Shown here in pieces: positions 1-10,865 of a stretch of DNA of 64,000 nt. Numbering within the stretch: the first letter of the stretch is position 1; each line of letters begins with the position of its first letter. The notes under the pieces were generated by a model. It was not told the origin of the DNA and searched no databases. It worked only from the letters and a program-made list of their open reading frames with translations. The stretch lies in NCBI GenBank assembly GCA_001643675.2, contig LSRY02000026.1, positions 806,001-870,000 of the forward strand. The letters are read 5' to 3'. The stretch is from Monocercomonoides exilis PA203 (Eukaryota > Protista > Preaxostyla). Position numbers and translations under genes: made by a program.

Positions 1-792
1 GCTTGCATTTTTCTTTTTCCTTCTTCAGCTTTTTTTTTGATCATAAAAAAACCAATCAATTTTTTGGGTAATGATCAAAAAAAAAGTCCATTTTAAGCAG
101 CCAAAAGACATTTCAAGTTTTGATATAGGAAGTTTTTGTTTTAATAAAATTTTGTTTATTCAATTTGTTTTTAAAAAGAATTTGTCATGTTTTTTTCATA
201 CGATAATTTCACTAACATATTTAACTGTTGCCCCGAAATAAAATAAGCACGTCTGTTCATCCGCTGATGATAAAAACAATTGTTTGTACAAATGATCTTT
301 GTTTCTTATAGAAAATTATATCTTTCACAAAGAAATAGAAAAAAGGTGCCAATAAAAAAAAAGGTTCCAATAAAAACACTAACCTACATATAAACGTGAA
401 CAAATATTTTTTGTTCAAATATGAACTTTCTGAATACATGTATAAAAACAAAACAAACAGATTAACTTTTAAAGAAAAAATTTTTGAAAAAAAGATTTTT
501 TTTTAATCCTTTTGAATACAAATACAAACACACAAATGGATTTCGAAATGAATATTAAATCAAAAAACTGAATTCAAATAAATGAAGATAAATCTAAATA
601 TTCCATAAGAGAAATGTTTTCCCAAATATCTCAATATCATCATCATCTCTTCTCTTTCAAATGTGTCTCATTACCCCAAAAATGAAACAATCACATGTTG
701 CACAAGAACTCCAAAACATTTGCCATCTTTTCTTTGAAAACGGTGAAAATGTTTCTTTCGCACCCAGAAATATCTTCTCAACCAAACCCTTT

Positions 793-3700
793 TCACACGA
801 TTATTATCCCCTTCACCATTTCTTTTTCCATTTCATTTCTTGTTTTCTTCTCATCGATTCGCTTTCTTGTTTTTTTCTCTCTTTTCGGTGAATTTCCTGA
901 AAGTTTCTCTTGTGATCCAGATATTAACCGTGTTTCATCTTCTGTTTTGCTCTTTTCCTCTTCTGTTCCATCCTCATCCTCAATCGCATCTGACATCGTC
1001 AGAATCATCGTTCCAGCTGGAAAGTGCTGAAACAGTTCTCTTTTCAGATCATCCAAAGAAATGCGAATCGAGCGTTGCGATTGCCAGCAGCTCTCCACAA
1101 GCTCTCCAAACCCACTTTCTTCAACAAGAGCTGTCATGTCTGGCCTCTCTCCATTCAAGATCTTATCTCCCGCCACCTCTGCTGGATACTCTCCAAACGG
1201 GATATCCAGTGTCAGACACTCCCACAGCATCATCCCAATCGAAAACACAACTGACTTCTTCGTTGCTCCCATCTTCTTGTTGACCAGCAGCTCTGGTGCC
1301 ATCCACCTCAGACACTCTTTTCTGTTGTATTCATCATCCTCAAACGCTGATGAAGGAAGGGAGTCATCATCATCATCGTCATTGTCACTGGCAGATGTCA
1401 CAACGGTCGATAACGAGATTGAGGATGAATCTGAACTATCATCAGATGAGAAGTCGGAGTGCATCACAATGCAGATCACCATATGCTCTGAAAACAACAC
1501 AATGTGAGGGCTCAGAGTGGAAAGAGAAGATAATCCATTTTCCATCTCATCAAAAGAGTGGAGTGCCCCATTCGCCACCCAGAACAAGATCTGTGCAGCT
1601 GTCTGCTCCCTCTCTTCGAGAGTTCCAATAGCCATCTCCTTTTTCTCATTCCTTCCATGCAACAACATGAATAGTGAATCCCTCAGATCCACAATGAGCT
1701 TCTCATGAGGAGAAGAGCAGGCCATTGCATTCACGAGATTTGACATCGATGAGGTTGTTGGGCACAAATCTTCCCTTCGAACAAATGTTGAATCTGAATC
1801 TGTTGTTGAAATGGTGGAAGTGGATGAAATGGATGGTGAAGGTGTTCTCTTCCTTATCTCTTCTTCTTCCTCTTCTTTCTCATCCACTTTCTCCAGCATC
1901 CACTCAGGGATCTTGTCTGAATCCCTTCCTAAAATATATTCAGTTGAGCCACTTTCAGAGAGAAGATGCTCAGATGACTCCGAATGCCCCAAGCTTTTCT
2001 CATACACTCTCTTCTTTATCTTTTCTTCGTTCTTCTTCTCTGCCTCCCTCTCAGCTCTCCTCCACTGCTCCTCTGGTGACATCTCCATCGTCACCATCTC
2101 AAATGCCTTCGGATCCTTCCTCACTGTGTCATTCACAATCTCCTCCAATTCCTTTGTTCTTCTCTTTTGCTTTCTCCATCTGACCGCCAATGCAATCGAA
2201 ACAACAAGGACAATTAGAAACATCACAGCCAATATAACAACAATGATTGGCCAGATCGATTTCCCTTCTTTCTTTCCTTCAACAATCCTTTCATCTCCTT
2301 TCCCAATATTTTCACTCCTGTTCTTCACAATAACCAAATCTGTTGATGAAGGCGAATCTCCTTTCCCAAACACAATCCACACACTCACTTCTGTCTCTTC
2401 TCTCACTTTCTCCAGTTCTGAACATGAAACAAACGTGTGAATCTCATTCTCTGACACAAACCCTTCTTCTTCAATTTCCTTTCTCACAATCTCCTCTTCA
2501 TCCCCATTTTTCATGCTCATCTTCACTGACAAATCGCATGGTAGAAGCAGCTTCCCATGAATCATCAACTCCACATCCCCATTTGGCTGAGAAATATTCT
2601 TCACCTCTTCCAGAATGGGGATGAAAAATGATGATCCTCTTTCAGTTGCTATCCCTCCCAATCTGCATCCCTCATCCAATATCCACAATGGTGTGTTTGG
2701 CAACATTCCATCTCCCCCTTTCACACTCACAACATTCAACTCCCCATCCCCTTCACAAATCACATTCCTTCTGGCTGATGGATATCCTTCAATCGATGGG
2801 TTGTTGTTCTCAAACTTTCCATTTTCAATCTTCACACTCCCTCCACTCACCCACAGCCCTCCTCCCTTGCTCTTCAAAATCGTTGTTTCCCTCATCTCAA
2901 CTTTGCTCTTCTCAATATCAACCAATGACCCATTCCATTTGCATAATCCCTCTTTCTTTTTCCTATTGTTTTCTTCATTGACTATTTCATCTTCTCTTTC
3001 TCCATCAAACACACAATTCACAACACTCACATTCTTGGAACTCCTGATCTGCATCATCCTTCCCTTATCAACCGAATTCACACATCTTCCAAATGAGCTG
3101 TTCAGCACACTCACATCTTGCTCAGCATCTTCCATCCCAATCACACACCCCTCCAACAACAGAGTCACATTCTCAACTCCCATCTCTTTCATCTCCACTT
3201 TCGCTTTCCCTCCAACACTCACAACACCCCCCTCACATTCGATATTCGACATTCTTGTTTCAACAATTGTCACATCCGATTCTTCACAAAATGAAAGAAC
3301 TGATATTGTTGAATGAATATCTCTGAATGTTGAATCAAATATCTTCAGCTCTCCACTCTCCACACTCACAATCGAACTGTTCAACTTCATATCCTCAACT
3401 GTTGTTGAAAAAGAGAAGAACTCGCATTTTTGGATCTCCATTGACCCATTCTTCACTTTCATAAAATAAGTGTGAGTTGACTCAAATCCATCTTCAAACT
3501 GGAATGAGCACCTCTCCACTGAACATTCATTCACAAACTCCATCACACAATCCTTCTCACCTGATTTCTCAATCTTGGAGTTCAACCGAACAATCCCCTG
3601 TGTCTTTTTCAATGAATTCACAACCAGATCTCCAATCACACACTCCTTCCTCACAAACCCTTCCCCATCAATCAGAATCCCATTCATCACCCCTTCCTCG

Positions 3701-6700
3701 ATGTGCTCAACCCCACAGTCGATGCTCACACACGGATTGCTCTGTGCTCCACACCCCCTCCCATCACTCCCTCTCCCACTCACAAACACCTGTGCCGAAT
3801 AATAGAATGTGATCAGCGGAATCAGATCAACATCTCCCTCGCTCGAAGCATCCCTCCCACAGATCGAGTTGTTCGAGTTCAGTGACTCCTGGTTGTAGTT
3901 CAGTGCAAACAGTGTTTCGTTGATCTGGTGAGCAATCGAGTGGCATCTGACAAACACGTCTTTCCCCACATGTGCCTCATTCATCACAAACAGAATGTTC
4001 ACAATCTTGAAATTCAGAGGCGGAATCTGACTTTCATTTCCATAATTCGCATGTGGGTCAGACCCATCAATAAACAGCCCTCCTCCACACCCCGTCTCAC
4101 TCGAGCACTTGCATATCGAAAACGTGCTCCCATTCACTTTCATCACTGATTCCCCACTCTTCAGCACCACTCTCATCCCCCCTCCTTCATCACTCAAACC
4201 ACTCTTGCAACTCGACATCGAACACTCATCCATCACACACTCCACTCCATCCTCAAATGATCCCACATCAACAACACTCGCTCCAATCCCTTCATTCGTG
4301 ATGTTCGCAAATGAACACCCAACAACCCTCAGAACTGGTTTGTTCCCATTGGAAAAAACATTCTTTTCTCCATTCAACTGGTTATCCTCTTCCATCATCG
4401 AAACCAGACTTCTTTCTGTCAATCCAGCAAATGAGATGTTCACATTCTGAAGTGTCATCTCATGTGCACTTGGGCTGAACGTGATGAACCCTTTCAACTC
4501 TGAAATCAAACTCAACGAACACCTCTCAATCAATACACTCCCCCCATTCACTCTCATCAAGCAGTATCCAAAACTCTCTGCCACCCCTCTCCCTGGGCCA
4601 AATGAACAATCTGAAACTGACAATAATGTGTTTGTTCCAGAGGACTCAATCAACACTTCATGATGGGTGGTGATGTCTGGCTTAGTGAATGACACATTCA
4701 CAAATGACAGACTCACATTCGAGGATATCATTGAACCATCATCAGACAAATCATTCTCATCTTCATCACTGATCGTCACTCCTGTCCCTTTCTTTGTCCC
4801 TTCAATCACCACTTTTGGTGACTCTGAAATCGATGATGAAAATGATATGGAATGGCTCAGCAACCCTGACCCCACAATGGCAATATGTGTTTCACCTTCT
4901 CCAAGTGTTGGATATCGAAGTGATATCAAGTGGTCAATCGATGAGCATGGTGCTTCGGAATACCCACACCCACTGAAGTCTCCTCCTTTCTCAAGAGAAA
5001 CAAACCCATCCCCACTCCAGTTCCTCCACAAATACACAACCAGTGGAATCACATACACCTCCTCTCCTGTTGTCTTCCTCTCCCACCCACACAGCTCATC
5101 CAATGATCCCAACTCCTCTTCCTTTATCTCCCATTTCAGATGCTCCTCATTCACAATCTCTCTCAGATCCCATCCTGACACAAACACATTCTTCCCTTTC
5201 CACCCATCACACCCCTCAAATCCCATCCCTTCCATCACAAATGTTCCCATCTCATCTGCCAACTTCACAAACATCCCTCCTCCCATTCCTCTCCCTCCAT
5301 CCTCAACATCCTCTCTTGGCACTTCGCACCCAGACAAATTCACCTTTTTCATTTCCAACCTCCCTCCCTTTCCCACTGATATCTTCATCCCTCCCCCTTT
5401 CATCCCACTCCCCCCTGAACACACTGATGACAAATTGCATCCTTCAATATTCACAATCCCATTCACACCCATCTCCACATTCAAACATCCTCCTCCTCCT
5501 CCACTTCCACCAACAACTTCCACTCCACTCATTCGGCTGTCATTCATCTCCAATTGAGCTCCATTCGAAACAACAATTGGTGATTTCCCACTCATTCTCG
5601 CTCCCCCTTCCATCACAAATCCATGAACAACCAACCCTCCTCCCTCAATACAAATCACACTGTATCCAATCATTTCATCATTTCCAAATGTGACTGAACA
5701 GCTGGTCATTGTGATGGTTGATGATGATGAGGAGGAGTGGATAAATCCACTTCTCTTCCCATTCATCTCTTCATTCAGCACAAATGACAAATATCTCATC
5801 TCAAATGATTTTGAACACTCAATAAGGTTGTTCTGGGTTATCGATCCTTCATCCCTCACAACCACCCTCATCCCTTCTTCTTTCCCTGAAACATGAACCT
5901 CAAATGATGCAACTTTCATCTCATTCTTTATCCATGATTCTGATACAACTTCAATTTCATTCACATTGCTGCTCGCTCTCTTCTCAACACAATAGTCAAT
6001 CGTCAAACACCCAAACTCCTCAAACCCACAATGGCTCTGATCCAGTGCCCTCTCTCCTCTCCCATCAACTCTCAACTTTGTTCCAATTGAACACAAATAC
6101 ACAAACAGCGGAATCACTTCCCCTTCTCTCCCATCCTCACTCCCACACAACTTCACAACATCTGTTGGAATAGCACTTGAATCAAAAAATGAAAATGAAC
6201 TCCCATTCACTTTCGACTCCAACAACACTCCTCCACCACATTCAACAAACACATCCTTCCCATGTTCTGCTTTGTTATTCTCTCCAAACACAAACAATCC
6301 CTCTCTTCCCGATTCCATTTTCATTGAACCATCCCTGCTCTCCATCACAATCATCATCCCTCCCCCTCTCCCTTTTCTTCTCCCATCTGAACTCTCCCCT
6401 GAACCCTTCGCCTCACACCCATCAATCACACAACTCCCATTCACAACAACACTCCCTTCCCCCTTCACAACAACACTCATCCCTCCTCCTCTTCCACATG
6501 CACACCTGCACCCCTTCACAACACACGATTCAATCACAATCATCCCATTCTTCCCCTCATCTCTCTCTGCCCCAACCACTCCACTCACCCATCCCCCATC
6601 TCCACTGCTCTTCTCAATGTTGTTCACCTCACACCCACAAAACACAACTGATTCCACCCCTTCACCAAACTCAATCACTGAATGTTCTCCAAATCTCAAG

Positions 6701-9700
6701 GTCTCTGTGATCACCAATCCCTCCACTTTCACTTTTCCCCCAACCACATTCACAAAACAATATCCAATGGAATTCTCAGAGGGACAGACAACAGAACAGT
6801 CAGTGAGTGTGAGGAGTGTGGAGTTGGATAAAATCAGAGATGATGATGATGCACCAGAAAGAGCAGATGGAATGCAAAACGTGATGTTTCTCATTGAACT
6901 TTTGCTCTGAACCTCAATCAGACAAGGTGACTCAAAATTCTCTGGTGCTTTCACCCCCACTTCCATCCCTTTTGTGGCACATGAAATCTCCCATTCACAG
7001 CCATCTGTCATTCCAACTGCCTCACAAAGCTCAAATCCTGAATCCAATTCGATCTTCTTGTTTGTGTCGGGATATCTCACCTGCGCTGCATGGGTGATGG
7101 TGGCACACGGATAATAGTCAAACCCACAGAACCACGAGTCGTATCCACCCAGCCCATCCTTCCCCTTCCCCACATGTGCTGCACTGGGATATGAATCCAA
7201 AAACACATTCAGTGGAAACAGCCCCATTGTTGTGTCACTCCGATCATATCCCTCAAGCTCATTGTATTTTGAATTGTCATGTTGGACATTCAGCGTTGAG
7301 GAGCTTATTCCCCAGCTCGCTGAATCGCTCCCATTCACAAACACATAATTCCCTCCCAACGAGGCAGAACACCCTGAAAAGTCAACTGACACAATCGAGA
7401 AGTCAATCGAGTTGTCAGCCAGATGCAGCATCATCCCTCCTCCATATTTGCCACTTGTGCATCTGTTCATTGTTGTTGATGATTCAACCTGAAGCTTGCT
7501 CGTATCTGTTTCCAATTCAACCTTGATTCCTCCACCACTGCCACTCACACACACACAATCCTCGATTGTCACATTCTGAACAACAAATGCCTCCCCTTCC
7601 TTCACATTCTTTGCCACAACCACCCCATCTCCTTCAGTCAACTTCACATTCATCACAGACACATTCTTCAACATGCTCTCTCCAGATGTAGTGGCTGTCA
7701 AAAACAGGGCAGATGAGGAGGATGAAAATGATGATAAAACAGGTTCAGAGAACAATGGTTTTGAGACATTCATATCTTTGATCTCCACATCAACCATCGA
7801 CAGCTGCGACAGCGGAACCACAAACACTGACGACGACAACACATAGCCTCCAATATTACTCGTTGTGATCACAACATCCTCCAATGAGAGTGACCCACTC
7901 CTGTCATACACAACAACAACACTCGGCGAAGTTTCTGCAATTGAGTTGAAATCAACCCTCAAATGACTCATTTCAAGATGACCTGTTGACACACTGAATA
8001 GCGCTCCTGATGATGATGAAAGTGCCCCTGTTCCAATCGAACTCTTCTCTATGCCTATCCCAATGACTGAAATCTTCTTTGATCCAATATCAATCGTTGT
8101 TGTCTCGCTTATGTGATTCCCGTCCATCACCGTGATTGTCAAGCTTATTTGCACTTCACACATCTCAAATCCCTTCTTCACTGTCAGACATGGACATGTT
8201 TCATTTGCCCCACACAATTCAGTTGCATCACTCCCATTCACAGAAACATAAATCGTCTTATCCTTCAGCCAATCTTTTTTTGATGTTTGATCAAACATCC
8301 AATCACTTGTATCTGCATAATTGTATGCATAGCACACTCTCTGAATGTCTGTATTCGTTGTGTAGCATTCATAAAATGGATTGGAGTTCAAATGGGAATT
8401 ATAATGGTCCAAATAAAGAACATCATGCCCATATGGAGTGGACGTTGTTTTGCACTTGCAGTCGTGAAAGAAAAGAGAAACACAATAAATGATATCATTT
8501 TGCAATGTTTGAATGTTCGGCTCCAATTGCAATCCTCCGCCACTTGACACGGCGTTGCATGACACAAACTGAATGCTCCTCATGCTGAATCCAGTCGGAA
8601 CATTACAACAACGAATGCCTCCACCAGTTGTGCTTTCAACTGAGCATATAGTGAAATAACAGTCAGACACGCACGCACTCTCCCCTCCTCCTTTATCTGT
8701 TGGAATGCATCCTATTCCAGAAACCTGAAAAGTGTTGACTGTAAGGCCTCCTCCAGCCCAATATGCTTTACAACCGTGAAATTCGCATCTGCTGATCCGA
8801 GAACAAGATGAAATTGTATAAATACATATTCCTCCTCCAGCATTTCTTTGAGTATAGCAACAGTTGAATGTGCTATCAACAATCTCAACAGATTTAATAT
8901 ATGCACACATTATTGCACCTCCATCATAATATGCCATGCAGTCATTAAATGAACAATTAAAAACAAAAACAGAGGCCCATGATTGGCTGCACATACTGAT
9001 TGCTCCTCCACTTGATATCCCATCGGTGAATGAATCGCTTGTTTCTGTTGTCTTCGATCCATTCCATTCACACCAAATTAAAGTGTTTGTCCCATTTTCT
9101 GTTTCATTCTGTCTCCCCGGAGTCAACTTTCTGTCTGCAGTTCCTTCACATACAACGTTTCTTGTCCGACAACATCCAATAAACGAGGTGTTTGAGGCGG
9201 TCAAAGAGGCCAAGGGATTATTGAGAGAAGGGACAATCCCGCCATCATACGCATCGCATACTGATGAGAATAAGCAACTGCTCAAAAAACATGTGGTTTG
9301 GGTTGATGCAGTGGTTAAAGGCGAGCATGCATCATTTGCTGTTGAAATATTGAAAAATGTCAGTTGTGAGAGTGAAAGAAGAGGAATGGAAGGTGATGAC
9401 AGGAATGGGGCTGATGAGACACAAAAAGATGAAAAATGAGATTCACTCACCGAAATAATGGAAGTTTTCGAAATGTAATTGTCAAATTGTTCAGAAGTGA
9501 AAAGAGGAGGAAATATACGCAATCCTTCAACATTTGGCTGAACAGAAACGTTAACAAATGATCCAAAACTCCCTTCCAACTCAAAAGGAGATAAATGTTG
9601 CCCCACAAAAAGAATGCACTTTCTCATTGAAAGAATGCTTCCTCTTTTTGCAATGAGTATTCTTTTTGATCCTTTTTCTCTCATCAACAGTTTCATTTCC

Positions 9701-10065
9701 ATGATTGATGAATTGAAGCATTCCAAGCAACCCTCAATTTCACTGGATTTGCAAATATTCACATTCTTCAAAAATCCAATTTCTTTTCCTAATTCTTTTT
9801 TGTTGTTTTTTTCGTCTTTCTGAAAAACTCTTTTACCAATTTCACTCAACTTCATTTTTTCATTCAATCTTATAACATCTTCGTTGCATTTAATAAATGC
9901 AGTATTTGAAGGATTTTTGCAAATCTGAAGCAAATAACCATTCATTTCAATATCTTCTTCTTTTTCTATTTTTTCTCCAATCCAACTCGAGTCTTTGGTA
10001 ATGGAAACAAGATTCACAAAAAGAAAAAATACACTGAAAACTAGCATCCCCACTCCTGACAACAT
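793..10065 (-). CDS. Giant receptor-like protein, paralog 1 (3090 aa): hydrophobic leader, pectin-lyase-like/Pmp-like beta-helix ectodomain, single TM helix, degenerate kinase C-lobe
   Basis: Uninterrupted 9.27-kb ORF. It has repeated GG(A/G)I/GGGM motifs and repeated 'VS..G.D...CG....PC.TI' Cys motifs. TM segment is IWPIIVVILAVMFLIVLVVSIALAV followed by RWRK. Kinase subdomain VIII-XI-like motifs are present (LRWMAPE, VFSIGMMLWE, IPF, GERP, CW). Confidence 0.9.
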   Translation of the reverse strand: MLSGVGMLVFSVFFLFVNLVSITKDSSWIGEKIEKEEDIEMNGYLLQICKNPSNTAFIKCNEDVIRLNEKMKLSEIGKRVFQKDEKNNKKELGKEIGFLKNVNICKSSEIEGCLECFNSSIMEMKLLMREKGSKRILIAKRGSILSMRKCILFVGQHLSPFELEGSFGSFVNVSVQPNVEGLRIFPPLFTSEQFDNYISKTSIISVSESHFSSFCVSSAPFLSSPSIPLLSLSQLTFFNISTANDACSPLTTASTQTTCFLSSCLFSSVCDAYDGGIVPSLNNPLASLTASNTSFIGCCRTRNVVCEGTADRKLTPGRQNETENGTNTLIWCEWNGSKTTETSDSFTDGISSGGAISMCSQSWASVFVFNCSFNDCMAYYDGGAIMCAYIKSVEIVDSTFNCCYTQRNAGGGICIYTISSCSRISRCEFHGCKAYWAGGGLTVNTFQVSGIGCIPTDKGGGESACVSDCYFTICSVESTTGGGIRCCNVPTGFSMRSIQFVSCNAVSSGGGLQLEPNIQTLQNDIIYCVSLFFHDCKCKTTSTPYGHDVLYLDHYNSHLNSNPFYECYTTNTDIQRVCYAYNYADTSDWMFDQTSKKDWLKDKTIYVSVNGSDATELCGANETCPCLTVKKGFEMCEVQISLTITVMDGNHISETTTIDIGSKKISVIGIGIEKSSIGTGALSSSSGALFSVSTGHLEMSHLRVDFNSIAETSPSVVVVYDRSGSLSLEDVVITTSNIGGYVLSSSVFVVPLSQLSMVDVEIKDMNVSKPLFSEPVLSSFSSSSSALFLTATTSGESMLKNVSVMNVKLTEGDGVVVAKNVKEGEAFVVQNVTIEDCVCVSGSGGGIKVELETDTSKLQVESSTTMNRCTSGKYGGGMMLHLADNSIDFSIVSVDFSGCSASLGGNYVFVNGSDSASWGISSSTLNVQHDNSKYNELEGYDRSDTTMGLFPLNVFLDSYPSAAHVGKGKDGLGGYDSWFCGFDYYPCATITHAAQVRYPDTNKKIELDSGFELCEAVGMTDGCEWEISCATKGMEVGVKAPENFESPCLIEVQSKSSMRNITFCIPSALSGASSSSLILSNSTLLTLTDCSVVCPSENSIGYCFVNVVGGKVKVEGLVITETLRFGEHSVIEFGEGVESVVFCGCEVNNIEKSSGDGGWVSGVVGAERDEGKNGMIVIESCVVKGCRCACGRGGGMSVVVKGEGSVVVNGSCVIDGCEAKGSGESSDGRRKGRGGGMMIVMESRDGSMKMESGREGLFVFGENNKAEHGKDVFVECGGGVLLESKVNGSSFSFFDSSAIPTDVVKLCGSEDGREGEVIPLFVYLCSIGTKLRVDGRGERALDQSHCGFEEFGCLTIDYCVEKRASSNVNEIEVVSESWIKNEMKVASFEVHVSGKEEGMRVVVRDEGSITQNNLIECSKSFEMRYLSFVLNEEMNGKRSGFIHSSSSSSTITMTSCSVTFGNDEMIGYSVICIEGGGLVVHGFVMEGGARMSGKSPIVVSNGAQLEMNDSRMSGVEVVGGSGGGGGCLNVEMGVNGIVNIEGCNLSSVCSGGSGMKGGGMKISVGKGGRLEMKKVNLSGCEVPREDVEDGGRGMGGGMFVKLADEMGTFVMEGMGFEGCDGWKGKNVFVSGWDLREIVNEEHLKWEIKEEELGSLDELCGWERKTTGEEVYVIPLVVYLWRNWSGDGFVSLEKGGDFSGCGYSEAPCSSIDHLISLRYPTLGEGETHIAIVGSGLLSHSISFSSSISESPKVVIEGTKKGTGVTISDEDENDLSDDGSMISSNVSLSFVNVSFTKPDITTHHEVLIESSGTNTLLSVSDCSFGPGRGVAESFGYCLMRVNGGSVLIERCSLSLISELKGFITFSPSAHEMTLQNVNISFAGLTERSLVSMMEEDNQLNGEKNVFSNGNKPVLRVVGCSFANITNEGIGASVVDVGSFEDGVECVMDECSMSSCKSGLSDEGGGMRVVLKSGESVMKVNGSTFSICKCSSETGCGGGLFIDGSDPHANYGNESQIPPLNFKIVNILFVMNEAHVGKDVFVRCHSIAHQINETLFALNYNQESLNSNNSICGRDASSEGDVDLIPLITFYYSAQVFVSGRGSDGRGCGAQSNPCVSIDCGVEHIEEGVMNGILIDGEGFVRKECVIGDLVVNSLKKTQGIVRLNSKIEKSGEKDCVMEFVNECSVERCSFQFEDGFESTHTYFMKVKNGSMEIQKCEFFSFSTTVEDMKLNSSIVSVESGELKIFDSTFRDIHSTISVLSFCEESDVTIVETRMSNIECEGGVVSVGGKAKVEMKEMGVENVTLLLEGCVIGMEDAEQDVSVLNSSFGRCVNSVDKGRMMQIRSSKNVSVVNCVFDGEREDEIVNEENNRKKKEGLCKWNGSLVDIEKSKVEMRETTILKSKGGGLWVSGGSVKIENGKFENNNPSIEGYPSARRNVICEGDGELNVVSVKGGDGMLPNTPLWILDEGCRLGGIATERGSSFFIPILEEVKNISQPNGDVELMIHGKLLLPCDLSVKMSMKNGDEEEIVRKEIEEEGFVSENEIHTFVSCSELEKVREETEVSVWIVFGKGDSPSSTDLVIVKNRSENIGKGDERIVEGKKEGKSIWPIIVVILAVMFLIVLVVSIALAVRWRKQKRRTKELEEIVNDTVRKDPKAFEMVTMEMSPEEQWRRAEREAEKKNEEKIKKRVYEKSLGHSESSEHLLSESGSTEYILGRDSDKIPEWMLEKVDEKEEEEEEIRKRTPSPSISSTSTISTTDSDSTFVRREDLCPTTSSMSNLVNAMACSSPHEKLIVDLRDSLFMLLHGRNEKKEMAIGTLEEREQTAAQILFWVANGALHSFDEMENGLSSLSTLSPHIVLFSEHMVICIVMHSDFSSDDSSDSSSISLSTVVTSASDNDDDDDDSLPSSAFEDDEYNRKECLRWMAPELLVNKKMGATKKSVVFSIGMMLWECLTLDIPFGEYPAEVAGDKILNGERPDMTALVEESGFGELVESCWQSQRSIRISLDDLKRELFQHFPAGTMILTMSDAIEDEDGTEEEKSKTEDETRLISGSQEKLSGNSPKREKKTRKRIDEKKTRNEMEKEMVKGIIIV

Positions 10066-10865
10066 CTTCGCTCTTTATCAACAAAAACGGCAAGATTATT
10101 TAATATTTGAAATTATTTATTATTATGGGTGTTGAAAATTCTGATTCAAATAGGTCTGAGTGTTTTATAAAGGCATTTATTTGAAATAAAACAGTTTTTG
10201 AAAAAGAAATAATGATTTCTATGATGTATAATGATATCATTTTTATGCTTTATATGTTAGATATTTGAAATAGTAAAAATAAAAAAAAAAACATTCAAAA
10301 ATGTATATTTATGTATGTGTTACCAAATCTACAAGATTTTATTATCTAATTGTCGATAAATTCAAATACTGCTTTGCTCACATGTTGTTGAAGTTCCTGA
10401 GTTTTGAATTAATTTTTTTTTGAAAACAACACAATATTTTGGTGATTCAACTATTTTTTATGGATATGTTGATAGAATATTTTTATTGAATTCGCAAATA
10501 CGGAAAATGACATCGTTATAATTTCAACATTGTTTTTTCAGTATTATTATTTTTTAAATATATATCGAACGTTTTAACAACATATTCAGAACAAATGTTT
10601 AAAGAATATTTTGAAATGAAATCTTATTGGGGAAAAAAAGATAAATTCAATTAAGAGAAAATTATAACTTTTCCCTAAGAGAACAATTGTAGAATAAATG
10701 GCAATTCTTTATATTTGGAATAAAAAAATAAATTCCAAAAAACACAGAACCAAATTTGCTGACATGACACAAAAAAATTAACTGAACACCAAATTATCTT
10801 TCTGATAAATAACAAAAGCAATTAAAAACCATTTACATACAAAAATTTTGCAATTTCTTAGTTTA

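Noticed and set aside
840-9823. Many antisense ORFs rich in S/P/T/H/I opposite the receptor genes (also 34.5-43.9 kb and 47.1-56.3 kb)
   Set aside because: Shadow ORFs caused by codon bias and strand skew of the real gene.
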